Positions 46,776-59,876 of a stretch of 64,000 nucleotides of DNA are shown piece by piece (positions within the stretch are counted from its first letter, which is position 1; each line of letters begins with the position of its first letter). The position numbers and the translations under genes were made by a program. Below the pieces are notes generated by a model that saw nothing but the letters and a program-made list of their open reading frames with translations, was not told where the DNA came from and did not search any database. The stretch comes from the human T2T-CHM13v2.0 reference genome, Homo sapiens, in the NCBI RefSeq assembly GCF_009914755.1, contig NC_060937.1. One strand, given 5' to 3'.

Positions 46776-46781
46776 TTTATT
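46776..46781 (-). terminator. DZIP1: Candidate distal DZIP1 poly(A) signal (AATAAA on - strand)
   Basis: TTTATT on + strand, 3 nt from the CLDN10 AATAAA. Confidence 0.55.
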
Positions 46782-47568
46782 TACAGGATTTGTAAAATGT
46801 TTTCTACATTTATATAGAACATGAAAAGCATTTAGTACCAAAGGTTCAAGAAGTATTCGTACTCTAGCCTTTTTAATCATTCATAGATAGAAGTCTTTGT
46901 ACCCACTCCTTATGTTTCTTTTCATTCATAAACAGGTGTATAAGGAACAATGTCTTATAAACAGCATGGGGGCAATCTGAGAATATTCCTCAAAAGGTGT
47001 CCAGGTTAAATAGACATGTTACTGGCTGCACACAGGCAAATTCTAGTTTGTTTTTTTTAAGTATTCTACAACATTTATTTAAAAAGGTAAATCTTTTTGT
47101 TGAAGCAGCAAGTTATCTGGTAGAACTTAACTTCTACAGGATCAGAGAGGATCTTGCTCATTCATGGCCATATCCACATGCCCATGGCCACTCAGTAGAT
47201 TGTTGAAAAAGCAAAGCCACACCATTCTCTTTGATGTATGCAGAGAGTTACGTAGCAGGGGATGTTCTCTGATTTATTCCACTGGCACCATTAGTGAATA
47301 TTTAGTTGTTTTCATAAACGATGCTGTGATGAAGACTCATGTACATATTTAGCAAATTTTGGTTTCTTACATGTGCCTGTCATGACTGTAATTCATTATG
47401 ACTGCTCCAGGAAGGGCTAATGGGGCCAATATATTATTGCCTGTCATGTGGCACATCCATGTTAAGGGGCTGAGGCGTCCCTGGCACGGAATGCAGAGCC
47501 CTGAGCTAGGGCATCAGCAGAAGCTGAGATAGAGATATTGGTCATGGTTGACTGAGGAGCCAATTAAA

Positions 47569-47699
47569 ACCTGTTTATGCCTAGTGTTCCATTATTGGAA
47601 CACTAAGCATGTGGGAGTTATTTATATCCTACTGCTCAAGGTCATCGCCAAGGTGTGATTGGAAAAATTCAAAAAATTGCAACCTCAGGCATAAATGGG
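47569..47699 (+). mobile_element. MER85 (piggyBac PGBD3-family MITE)
   Basis: TIRs cctgtttatgcct / aggcataaatggg, TTAA at 47564-47567 and 47700-47703, internal GTTCCATTATTGGAAC palindrome. Confidence 0.92.
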
Positions 47700-48285
47700 T
47701 TAAGGACATCCCAAGCCCAAGTGGTACGTGCCTCACTCAGAACTGACGGGCCGAGTTCTATCTAGGTGTGTCTTCCAGAACCTGTTTACGGCTAACTGGA
47801 TAACTGAGAGACTTGTCATTTCTAAAGACATTTAAGTTGCTCCAGGGATTTCTGAAAAAAGACACAGGCTTCTTCCTAGAGCCAGCCCTATATAACATGC
47901 CCACAAGGGCAACAGTTATCACAGTTCATACACACCTTTCATGTCCTGTCTCACTCACTCCTCACAGCCATCCTAGGAGATACATATTGTTTTCATCCTG
48001 CATTTACAGAAAAAGAAATGAAAACAGAGAGCTTAAATAATTTGCCACAGTAATGTCGAAACTAGGCCTTTGAACCAAGGCAGTCTAGGGTAAAATATAG
48101 TTTCAAAGTATGAATAAGAATTGGTATTTGTGTTATCTTTGAGTAAGAAACTGTCCGATATGAATCACAACGTGGGTGAATGTAGTATTTTCCTGAAGTG
48201 TGAAAGACTTAAAAAAAAGAATCACATTGTTCAGAGGTGCTCAATGGAAAGAAAAGGAAATGAACAAGTTTGTTAAAAGATAAAA

Positions 48286-48291
48286 AATAAA
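48286..48291 (+). terminator. CLDN10: Candidate distal CLDN10 poly(A) signal AATAAA
   Basis: AATAAA ~1.7 kb after the stop codon. The context is A-rich, so internal priming is also possible. Confidence 0.45.
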
Positions 48292-48606
48292 AAAAATTCC
48301 ATACCTTGATAATCCTTGAAATATCTTTTGCAGAAATACAAATCAACTGAAAGACATGAAGGTAGATTAGGTCCTACAGGCCAGTGTGGGACAGGGTTGT
48401 GTAGGTGTGCATTTCAAACACATTTATTATTCAGAAGTGGTGCAGATAACGCTTAGATTACACCGAAGAATTTAGGGAGGGTGGGGGATGAAGGTCTGTT
48501 AGTAACCAGAAACACATTAGTTGGGCATCAGTAAGGGGCAACATAAAGGAATGGTTCCCCTCAAAAACGAACAAACCAAATTTTATACAAAAAAATGAAA
48601 TGCAGC

Positions 48607-48912
<306 letters not shown>

Positions 48913-49316
48913 CTAACCATGTAAGCTAAAGGAGGGGCTCTTAAAAGACACAGATATAGTGACTTAATTTAAATACTGGGTTTACTTAGCAAAAGTTCAT
49001 TTCCCCAAGCTCTTCTGCTCAGGAATGAAAACATGGCAGACACAAAACATGGAATAGAGACCTGGCTTAAAGTCTCCCCTTGACACTTTGTACTTGTATG
49101 GCTTCTGGCAACTTACTTAATAACTCTGTTTCTCACACCTTTAGGATGAGGATTATAACAATAACTACATCGCAAAGTTGTTGTAATTAAATGAATTAGT
49201 GCGTGTTCAAAACCAAACCAGACCAAGTGGTTCAATAAATATCTGCTGAATAAATAAATGAATGAACAAAGTGGCACATGGGCCATCTTAGGCTTGGTGT
49301 AGTTTTGTAGATTGCC

Positions 49317-49395
49317 GTTCTCTGTCCTACCACATGAAACTTGGATTCGGCCTTCTGTTCTCTGTCCTACTACATGAAACTTGGATTCAGCCTTC
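49317..49395. repeat. 40-bp tandem duplication (2 copies)
   Basis: GTTCTCTGTCCTAC[C/T]ACATGAAACTTGGATTC[G/A]GCCTTC occurs twice. Confidence 0.95.
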
Positions 49396-49981
49396 ACTAA
49401 AGCTTTTAGAAACATACATATAAAGTGAGTATATCTGCATGAAATGGCCCCTATAGGAAGTTGGAAGGATTCTTTTAGAGGGCAGGAATGGGCTACAAGT
49501 AAAAAGGATCCCAGGGTGGGTGGAAACAGATAAAGATTTGTTCTAACCATTAGGACAGAATGTCATATGGCATAGCAATCAAGGCCAGATTCTCCCTCTG
49601 TAAGACCCCTAATAAGTACAAATTTAACTCAGAATTCATCTCTAATAACACAGCCACAGTCACAGTGATGTAACAGAGGGCTTTACTGAAAAGGTTGACA
49701 AATGAAAAGAGATCTAAAACCCAACAAATCTTTTAGTTAAAAGGTTACTTGGAAACAGAATATAGTATAACCAAGTTATAAAAATGCAAAAAACAGCTTA
49801 TAAGAACTTTCTTTCGACAATGTCATTGTTTAAGAATGTAACTAAATTACTTTTGAGGTATTTCATAATACATGTTGGGTATTTTAAATAGTAAAAAAAA
49901 ACATACATATGTGAATTCAGTAATGGCTCAAATATTTTCTATTTAGTCTGATAAATTAATTGGCACTTAAAATAACTATAC

Positions 49982-49987
49982 TTTATT
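49982..49987 (-). terminator. DZIP1: Candidate proximal DZIP1 poly(A) signal
   Basis: TTTATT on + strand, ~800 nt downstream of the DZIP1 stop codon. Confidence 0.35.
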
Positions 49988-50139
49988 CATAAAATATCCA
50001 AGATAAAGAATATGCTATATAAAATAACCAACCATTTAATAGTAACATGCTTACAGTGGCTCAAAGCTGAATGTGACAAATGTACTCCAGGAAAATGTAT
50101 TTAACATTGGACCTAGCTATATTCTAATCCTAAACTTAC

Positions 50140-50270
50140 TTTTTTGGGGTGTGGAGGGGTGGAGTCTTGCTATATTGCCCACGCTGGTCTTGAACTCCTG
50201 TGCTCAAGTTATCCTCCCACCTCAGCCTCCCAAGTAGCTGGGATTAAAGGTGAACACCACCACACTCGGA
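50140..50270 (-). mobile_element. Alu monomer (FLAM-like)
   Basis: Reverse monomer with TSD taaacttactt. Confidence 0.85.
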
Positions 50271-50783
50271 TTAAACTTACTTCTATATGAAAAATAACCA
50301 GACTAACTTTTAAGGATTAGTGGTTCCACCAATTCAATTTTAAGACTACTAACAGAATTTTATAATATAAACGCCTACGATACGACAGCATACATAAGAA
50401 AAATATTTTTTAAAGTTTTAGTAATTCAAACCAAAACATGCTGTAAGTTTAAAAAAAATTCACTAAAAAATTAGTTGAAAAAAATACACTTAACACTAGA
50501 GTACCTTTCTGAAGAAAAAACTTTTTATGACTTCAATGACATGTTATTTTTAAGCAGCAGCGGAAGTCTTAAACACCTTTACATGCTTCGAAATACTGTT
50601 GATGATCTGATTTTCAATACTGTATTGGGTGCCATTAAAGAGACCATTGTTCTTTGAATCAGTCTCTGTGTTGCTGTGGGAAACACGGTAAGGCAGAAGC
50701 ACTAGAATCATGGAGGCAAATTACTGAAACACTGTGATACTGAAATACTGCTGGCTTCTGGAATAATCTTCTGACATGTGGAA

Positions 50784-50863
50784 TTAGACATCTGAAGTGT
50801 CGCTCCAATCAGTCACAGTTACTAAGCTGCTTTTTAATGTGCTTGATTCATTTTCTTGAAGTC
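50784..50863 (-). CDS. DZIP1: DZIP1 last coding exon (GLQENESSTLKSSLVTVTDWSDTSDV*)
   Basis: cacttacag| acceptor and TAA at 50786-50784. Matches my recollection of the DZIP1 C-terminus. Confidence 0.94.
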
Positions 50864-51681
50864 CTGTAAGTGGTGGGTAGAGGCAGAAGAGAAGGCCTCA
50901 ATGGTTAAACAAGCACATTGTCAAGTCTATAAAAATCCATAATTTCATATTGTCATTAATCACTCAGTGTCTAAATCTGTTCATGAATCCTCATCTCCCA
51001 ACCCTCATGAGCTATGTATAGGACGCCACTTTAAAATCCAACTGTGAACTGGTCGCATCTCTAGGATACACTCAGGACCCTTGGATGCAAGCTTCTGCCC
51101 TGCAGCCTACAAACAGCAGGGACCACATCCTGCTTCCCACTCCTTCCCCAGCATTCAGCTCAGGGCCTGGATGTTGAAGGTGCTCAGTACATTTGTGTTG
51201 TAGTTACTGACTCTGAGTGAATAGATGGTAAAGAAAGAAGGATGAAATTAGCAAGCCAAGTAAAGTGTTAAAAACATATTTTCTAGGTAGATAGGATTAA
51301 CAACGAAGTCAATTTTAAAATGCCATGATTTTGAGCCAGTGAAATAGAGTGCAGAGAATTCCACTCAAGTTTGACTCTAGAAATGTGTTCCTCCAGGGGC
51401 ACAGGTTTATGATGTTGGAGGAAAGAGACAGGAGATGTCCTTAGGGCATCCTCTTGGCCCTGTAAAGAGTCACTCTAATGCCAACAGGTCTCCTGGTTTT
51501 CAATAATTAGAGTTGATGCTTAGCACAGATAACTGATGCCAGTTATGCAACAGCTATGTTATAACTGGACAATGTGAGAGAAAAGGTAGCGTGAAGGAGA
51601 CAGGCAGCAACATCTTATCTTACAAAGGGGCGAGAGGCTGCTGAAAATGGAAAGAGCAAGGGTGGAGACATGCAGGTATTA

Positions 51682-51826
<145 letters not shown>

Positions 51827-52389
51827 GTAATAAAATTATAAGTAGGAGTACAAAAACAGTGAAGAAGGCGTGAGAGGTGCGGTGGGTGGTGAAAATGAGC
51901 CAAGTCCCCATCTGTCTTTGCAGGACATCAACAGTTAATATCTAAAGTCAATGAATCAACAAAGAGTGGTTTAAGGCCATTACTGAGAGGCACAGAGCTA
52001 CCACTAATGAAGGTGGTGCGATGGCATAGAGAAGCCTTCTGAACAACTCAGCTTTCAACATGTGCAAGAATTACTTTGACAAAAAAATTACAATTTTCTA
52101 ATTTAAAAAAAAATTACTAAGTTATTGGGCTTATCTAGGCTCTAGATTGGGGGATATGAAAATCATTTCAAGTAATTATCTCATAGTATTTCATCCCACT
52201 GACTACAAGGCTACAAGAGAAACCTCCCTTGGGAGAAAATGAAGAAAAATATTTAATAGGGAAACAGACTAATACAGAGAGACTGCCAGAAGAGTGGTCT
52301 CATTCAGGTATATGATCAGAAATTTTAATTCCTAAAAGGCATCTTCATGAAGAGAATACGTGTATAGACATTTTTAAAAATAATATAAA

Positions 52390-53055
<666 letters not shown>

Positions 53056-53285
53056 AAAAATTTAAAGACTAAAGATTAGTCCTATAATTAAATAAAAATA
53101 ACAAGTAAATATATATGAATCAGTGAGTTATGCATATCCAATCCTTATTTAAATAACATAAAGAAAGCACTGACAGCTTTTTTGTCTGATGATATACCAG
53201 CATAAGTTAATTAGATATTTATAAAGATGAAACACAACTAATAAGAAAATGGATCGAGCTTGTATTAGAGGGGAAAGCAGCAAAC

Positions 53286-53460
53286 CTTCTCCCTTTGGCC
53301 CCTTAGGATTAAATGCGCCCCAGGCATTTAGCACATGAGCAAAATGTGGTTCATTTTTCGCAGGTGGAGGTTCCTTCTGTTCTTTCCCAGATTTTTTTCC
53401 CAAAGATATCTCTTCCTCTAGGGATGATATGTCCCAGTCTTCATCCTCCACATCCGCACA
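53286..53460 (-). CDS. DZIP1: DZIP1 penultimate coding exon ([17 protein letters not shown]...NPKGPKGE)
   Basis: tttcttttag| acceptor, |gtttgc donor, 175 nt. Confidence 0.94.
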
Positions 53461-54555
53461 CTAAAAGAAAGGCATGGAGAATAATTAATGTTGCTTAGAA
53501 AAAAATGGTGTCCCTCAATCATTTTATTGGTTAGACTGAGCATCTAACACTGAACCATAAGGAAAGAAGTGGGGAACTATTAATACTTCCAAATCTAGTC
53601 ATTTCTGCAGGGCAATGAAATAGATTTGGAAGTTGGTATTTTGAAATCTGAATCATCTCTTTTTCGTTTCTGCCATGGAAATATATGTTTCCTACTCTAC
53701 CAATCATGAATGTAGAAAATTCCAGAAATACTACACTGTAGCGGTATGAAACTCTAAAAGTCAGGGTGCTCCAGAGTAGGAGTGAGGCTTGCTCTTGCTT
53801 CTTACCTCTGTGATAATAATGACATCTAACTGTGGGTACATCAGACCAACCGAATAGCCCCCAACTGAAAGGTGCACACAGTTCTACCATGCCCTTCCTA
53901 AAGAAAGATGCTTTTGCTCTCTCTTGAATGTCATAGGACTTTCTGTCATTTTTGGCTTGTGTAACACAAATAGTATTAACTAATAAAAGTAATTTGACAA
54001 AATGCCCTGGACTGGAGGACCAGTCAACACAGATGAGCTGTGCCCAGAAATACAATGATAGAGCTCCATCCACAGAAACACTTCTGGCGTCCTGGCTGTT
54101 AGAACCACTGGGAAAATGTTTGGGCTTCTTCTCTAATGCAGACAGAGGAGCTTGGCCTCCACCCTCACTTCGGCTCCCAAGTGGAGCTAAACCCTCAAAA
54201 GTACCTAAGGTCTCATGCCAGGGTAGTGAAGAAGATCTGAAGGGCCCCAATTCTGGCCAGTCACAAATTTCTTTGTACAAACCATTTGATATCTGCAAGT
54301 ATCAGATAATACATGTGACAGGATCTTGAAAACCTGTAAAGTGTCATGCTTATTATGTATTGTTACAGTTATCACTCCAATATCTTTGTCTATGGAATGG
54401 AAAGAAATGCAATACTGAGAACAAGAAAGGTGAAAATCTCAACCTCTACTCTACCAGCTAACTATCTGTTTTATATTTCACTACAAAAAGTGTGACCATT
54501 AAGGTGCTGTCCAAAGACAAATTTATGTATATCTAGCAAGTAAAAGTGATTTCAC

Positions 54556-54686
54556 CTTTAGTTCTTGTAATTCTTCTTTTTTGATAAACATCTCAGGGAC
54601 ATTAGTTCCACCGACTGGTTTGTTCACATTTTTGCGATGTGGAAACATCTTTTCAACTTTTTCAGTAGGTGTTTTAACGGCGACTC
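54556..54686 (-). CDS. DZIP1: DZIP1 internal coding exon (GVAVKTPTEKVEKMF...KEELQELK)
   Basis: ttatag| acceptor, |gtgaaa donor, 131 nt, ends in phase 0. Confidence 0.93.
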
Positions 54687-54929
54687 CTATAAGATCAATA
54701 AAAATTAGGCAAGTTAAGTATTTAAAAATTTAATCTATCTTTAGTTCCAAAATAACCTTACAGGAAACTTTGAAAGAGTCTAAGCTTTGGAAGTAATTAT
54801 GTATTATTAAAATAAAATCAGTTGATGTACTTTGGGGTTAGAAAATTTAACACACAATCCTTAAAAAAATCATAATCCTTCAGACTATGAGCTATATAAC
54901 ATTTTCATTTTATTTAGTTAATTAAAAAA

Positions 54930-55050
54930 AATAGAGACGAGGTCTTGCTATGCTGCCTAGGCTGGTCTTGAACTCCCGGGCTCAAGCAATCCTCCTGCCT
55001 CATCCTCCCAAAGTGCTGGGATTACAGGTGAGAGCGACTGTGCCTGGCCT
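54930..55050 (-). mobile_element. Alu monomer (FLAM-like)
   Basis: Reverse monomer. Confidence 0.82.
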
Positions 55051-55498
55051 AAAGTTTACATTTTAAATCAAAGAAAGAGGATCTCATTCAAGTGTGTGGT
55101 CAGAAATTAATTTCAGTGAGATAAACTGCATGAGTGGAATATTCATATGGGTATTTACAAAAACAATATGAATTTTTAAATGAATTATATTTTATCTAAT
55201 TATATAAATACATAGTATATACCCATTATATACAATATAAATTACATCCAACAATATATTAAATATAATAAATTACACACAATATATTAAATATAATAAA
55301 TTACACCTGATATGTTTAAAATATATAATTTTAAAATTGCATTAAGCTGAATTTTTTAAAAAAATAATGACCCATCAGCTCTACTTCTCGTCAGCAAATA
55401 TTTGCAGTGACAGGCTAAGATCTTGTCTTCCTTTAGTATTACTCCAGCTCCAAGAGGCAGCACAGTGTATTAGAACAGCCATTCTCATAGTCACCCAG

Positions 55499-55888
55499 TG
55501 TCCTGGGTTGACTTGTGTCCCTCTAAATTCACATGTTGAATTTCTAAACCCCATTGCTTAGAATGTGACCTTATTTGGAGGCACAGTCTTTGCAAAGGAA
55601 ATCAAGGTAAAGTGAGGTCATTAGGGTGGGCCCTAATCCAATGTCCTTATACAAACGAGACATCTGGACAGAGATGCACACAGAGGGAAGATGATGTGAG
55701 GATGCACAAGAAGACAAGTCAAGGACAGAGGCGCGGAACAGACCCTCCCTGGCAGCCCTCACAGGAACCAACAGCGCCAACACCTTGATCTTGTACTTCC
55801 AGCCTCCAGAACTGTGAGGCAAGAAGGTTGTGTTCCTTAAGCCACCCAGTTTATGGTACTGTTATAGCAGCCCTAGCAAACTAATACA
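55499..55888 (+). mobile_element. MaLR solo LTR (MLT1B/C-like)
   Basis: TG...CA termini, gaatgtgaccttatttgga and gcagccctagcaaactaataca. Confidence 0.85.
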
Positions 55889-56088
55889 CCAGGTATCATT
55901 CCCAACTCCTTCCTCTCCTTCAACTGGAATGTGCTAAACCCTGCCCATTTTCCGTGGGTGCCTTTGGGATCCGCTGCATCTGTTCCTTGCACACCCTCCC
56001 AGCTCAGACTCCCAGTGCTCGGTACACACGGGTGAGGACAACTGTCCTAAATACAGTTTCCAGAGAGTTTTCCAAGGTAACAGCTCAC

Positions 56089-56279
56089 CTGCGGGCTTGG
56101 GAGAATCATCAGTGTCCTCGATTTCGCTTCCCTCGGTCCCGTCCGCGTCACTTTTCACTGTGTTCTTCCCGAAGCTGCCCTTGTTTTGTGGTGGCGGCAC
56201 AGGAAGTGGGCCTGGGGATGCGTATGCCCGGATGAGGTCGTCGTCCTCCTGCTCCTCCTCTGAACTAAAAGGAGGGGTC
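56089..56279 (-). CDS. DZIP1: DZIP1 internal coding exon (TPPFSSEEEQEDDDLIRAY...DDSPKPAG)
   Basis: gtgtag| acceptor, |gtgagc donor, 191 nt. Lies inside ORF-track entry 55934-56287. Confidence 0.93.
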
Positions 56280-57703
56280 CTACACAAATCAACACCGAGA
56301 TAGGGGCGCTGTTTTCGTAACGCTTTAGGATTTATAATATTAAGAGATGTGCCTCTTAAAGTGGTGGCACCTTTCTCAGGTAATTCTCAGTGGGCACAAG
56401 TGCCTTTGGGGCTATGGCCAAGATGGCGGCGAGGCCAGAGGTTATACCCACGGCTGTAGCATCCTCCCACGCCCAGATCTCTGCCAGCCACGGGGCATGT
56501 TTATCAAAATGGGCTGAAGCCGGGGCCTGTCTCCTCTAAACCCAAATGTGTATATATTCTTAATAATTTTGGTTTTCACACACCTAAGAAAAACATTTCC
56601 TCAGTAAAACCACTCCATGTTTTAAAATTGTGTCATTACTTACAGCTTCTTTATACTGCACCTTCTTGCAAAGAGCTTTTACATACACAATCTCATTTGT
56701 ATTATCACATGAATTATTACCCCCATTTTAAGGTGAAATAGAAGTTCAAAGCAGTGTTCGTTCATTTAAATAATATTTATTGGGCACCTAAATTCCAGAC
56801 AACGTGTCAGTCTTGTACATGTTGATTCATTCACACCACATCCCAAGAAATAATGCTCTTCCTATGAGATTACGTATAAGAAAAGTGCTTTTGAAGGGTG
56901 AATCATTGTTTATTGTCTCTAATACACAGTGCCTCAATGAAAAGATATTTATGTCATCAATATCTCCAGAATAAGGCAATGATGATTAAATTATTCATGA
57001 TAAAATTAGTCTTACTCATAATTAGTAACAATATACCTACAATTTATTGAGTACCCACAAGTGCCAAGCACTGAGCCAAGCCCTCTTCATACATTCCCAT
57101 TTAATTTGTAGAACTATCTCGTGAAAAAGGCAGCATTATTCCATATTACAGATAAGGAAATTGAGACTTAAAACATCCCATACTACAGATAAGAAAACAG
57201 GCTTAAAACAGTAATCAACTAAATCAGTAGCACACAGGTGATGAACAACTGGGCTAGGGTTTTTAGTATCCTAAGAGAACCTAAGACAGGAATATCTACT
57301 AGGGTCAGTATTAACTTCCACAAAAAACTGGAAACACTAAATTATTACATTTAAAACAAACTTACACTGTCATGAGCCTAGCCATAAAAACTCAACATCA
57401 GCCATTTAAGTTAAATGTACTTATTGAGAAATTACTCAACATTGTAGGGGGATGGACATAAGAATGACTCAGGTGTCTTGCTTCTTAATGGAGTCCACAT
57501 GTGGTTAAGGGCTATTGACTTATGTAATAACTGATAAAGAAACAAAGACATGTCACAAATAACATATCACAAAGGAATGACAAATTATGATATTAAATAA
57601 TTACGGCTTCATTCAACCATAATGAGCACGCTACTTTAAAATGAAAGGAATGTTCAGTGAAAATAATTTTTTAAATGACCCTCCCATCCCTGTCAATACT
57701 CAC

Positions 57704-57757
57704 GTAATAGTTGAAGACTTTCTGGGAAAAGGATCTTCCATGACATTTTTCTTAATT
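57704..57757 (-). CDS. DZIP1: DZIP1 internal coding exon (IKKNVMEDPFPRKSSTIT)
   Basis: gtttttttag| acceptor, |gtgagt donor, 54 nt, symmetric phase 2-2. Confidence 0.92.
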
Positions 57758-57945
57758 CTAAAAAAACAACAGAAAAATATTTTTAAATTGCATAAGTTAA
57801 TAATATAATTTCACATACATTTCTATGGAACTGGTGATTTTTGCTTTTGACATACACTAACGAGGAAGAGCAGCAACAAAAGTCACCCAGCGTCAGTTAG
57901 AGACTGGTAGGAATTACAAGTGTGATTCTCAGTTGGACCAAACAC

Positions 57946-58314
57946 TGTTATGGACTCAATGTCTGTGTCCCCTCTGCCCCAAATACATATGCTAAAGACC
58001 TGACCCACAGTATGATGGCATCTGGGGGGCCTTTGGGAGGTGATTAAGTTTAGATGAGGTCATGTGGATGGGGGCCCCCATGATGGGATTGGTGCCTTAT
58101 AAGAAGAGGAAGCGATGTATCTCCTTCAGAGGTATCTCCACCATCTGGAGGCATGGCAAGAAGGCAGTCGTCTGCAAGGCAGACAGCCTTCACCGGAACC
58201 TGACTATACTGGCATCCTGATCTTGGACTTTCAGCCTCCAAAATGGGGAGAAAATAAATTTCTGTGAAGCCACCCAGTCTATGGTATTTTGTTAAAGCAG
58301 CCTGAGCTAAGACA
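57946..58314 (+). mobile_element. MaLR solo LTR (MLT1A-like)
   Basis: tgttatggact...gcagcctgagctaagaca with a perfect 5-bp TSD aacac. Confidence 0.88.
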
Positions 58315-58352
58315 AACACTGATAAAATAAATCTGAGGGCTGAAATACTCAC

Positions 58353-58482
58353 TTTGGAACAGATGTCCTATCAGTAGAAACAGCTTTTTGTCTAATCAGT
58401 TGTCTGTTTTTGGAAGGAAGTTGTATCATTTTGGGTACTTCTCCAGTTGAAAGGGTATCCATTTGAGAAACACTGCACTGAT
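58353..58482 (-). CDS. DZIP1: DZIP1 internal coding exon (DQCSVSQMDTLSTGEVPK...DRTSVPK)
   Basis: ttccag| acceptor, |gtgagt donor, 130 nt, phases compatible with both neighbours. Confidence 0.93.
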
Positions 58483-58828
58483 CTGGAATATAGTGTCATT
58501 CATGAGTCTCCATTACCTTTATGATCAGTAAGTGAAAAGCAAAGGTAAACGGTATAATACCCCCTATGCTGCTGTGGCAATGAACAATCCCATCTCTAGG
58601 GTTTAAAGCCAGACTCTAGGGTTGTTGTTTTGTTTTTACTGTAAAAACAAAATCCAAGACCCAGCATTTAATAGTACAAACAGTAAAAGAGTTGCCAGTG
58701 AAGTGGCGAAGTTTGTTAACCATTTAAAATTATAATAATTTGTTTAATGATATCTTGTGGTGAAAAAAGAAGAAAAAAAGAAAAAGTTGTTAAATTAAGC
58801 TCCCATTTGCAGTGGGTAACAAGCTTAC

Positions 58829-58991
58829 CTGAAGAGAGTAGTGCTTTCTCCTCAATTTTACAGCTGACTTGATGTTCAAGGAATTCTCGAATTTGATGAA
58901 AGTTAGGTATTTCTCTTTCTTGCTTATGTCTTTCTGATTCCACACTTTTTAGTACTCTATGCAACTGATCACTTGAAATGCCACGTATATC
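58829..58991 (-). CDS. DZIP1: DZIP1 internal coding exon (DIRGISSDQLHRVLKS...EEKALLSS)
   Basis: ctttcag| acceptor, |gtaagc donor, 163 nt. Lies inside ORF-track entry 58716-59075. Confidence 0.94.
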
Positions 58992-59546
58992 CTGAAAGAA
59001 TAAGATGTTAAGTTGGCCAGTTATCCTGGGAGGTTTCATTTCATGGGCATATATCAGCATTAACTGTGCCAACATTTCAATCCATCCTTACAGGGCTCCA
59101 GTTGTGTGTAGAGGGTAAGGGTGCCCCAACAAGTAACACACTGTCCCCAAAGGGGCCATGTGTTCAGTTGGGCACATAAGGCATGCATATGTTTATGACT
59201 GGCTGACCGACGAGGCTGTGTGTCATAAGGACCCAATGAGTCTACAAAGGCTAGAAGAATTCCAGGGAGGGAGGCCATCGAAGGCCCCAGTGGCCAGAGA
59301 AGGCTGAAAGGGGAGGCTGAGCTGTGGCCTGAAGGACAGGTGGAGTCAAACAAGTAAAAACAAGGAGAAATTTCCAGATGGGTAGGCATGAGATAGGGAC
59401 ACCTGTGAGAAAGGAAGCTGTCGAGGCAGAAACAGGTAAGGCACGTCCCACAGGCTAATGCTTAAAAAGACCTGGGTGATGAAACCAGCAGAAGAGACTA
59501 AATGCCAACCCAAAAGGCTGAAAGGTTATTCTACAAGGAACAATAG

Positions 59547-59876
<330 letters not shown>

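Noticed and set aside
55240-55310. Short direct repeat caatatattaaatataataaattacac x2
   Set aside because: Ordinary slippage duplication in an AT-rich tract. No spacer structure, so not CRISPR-like.
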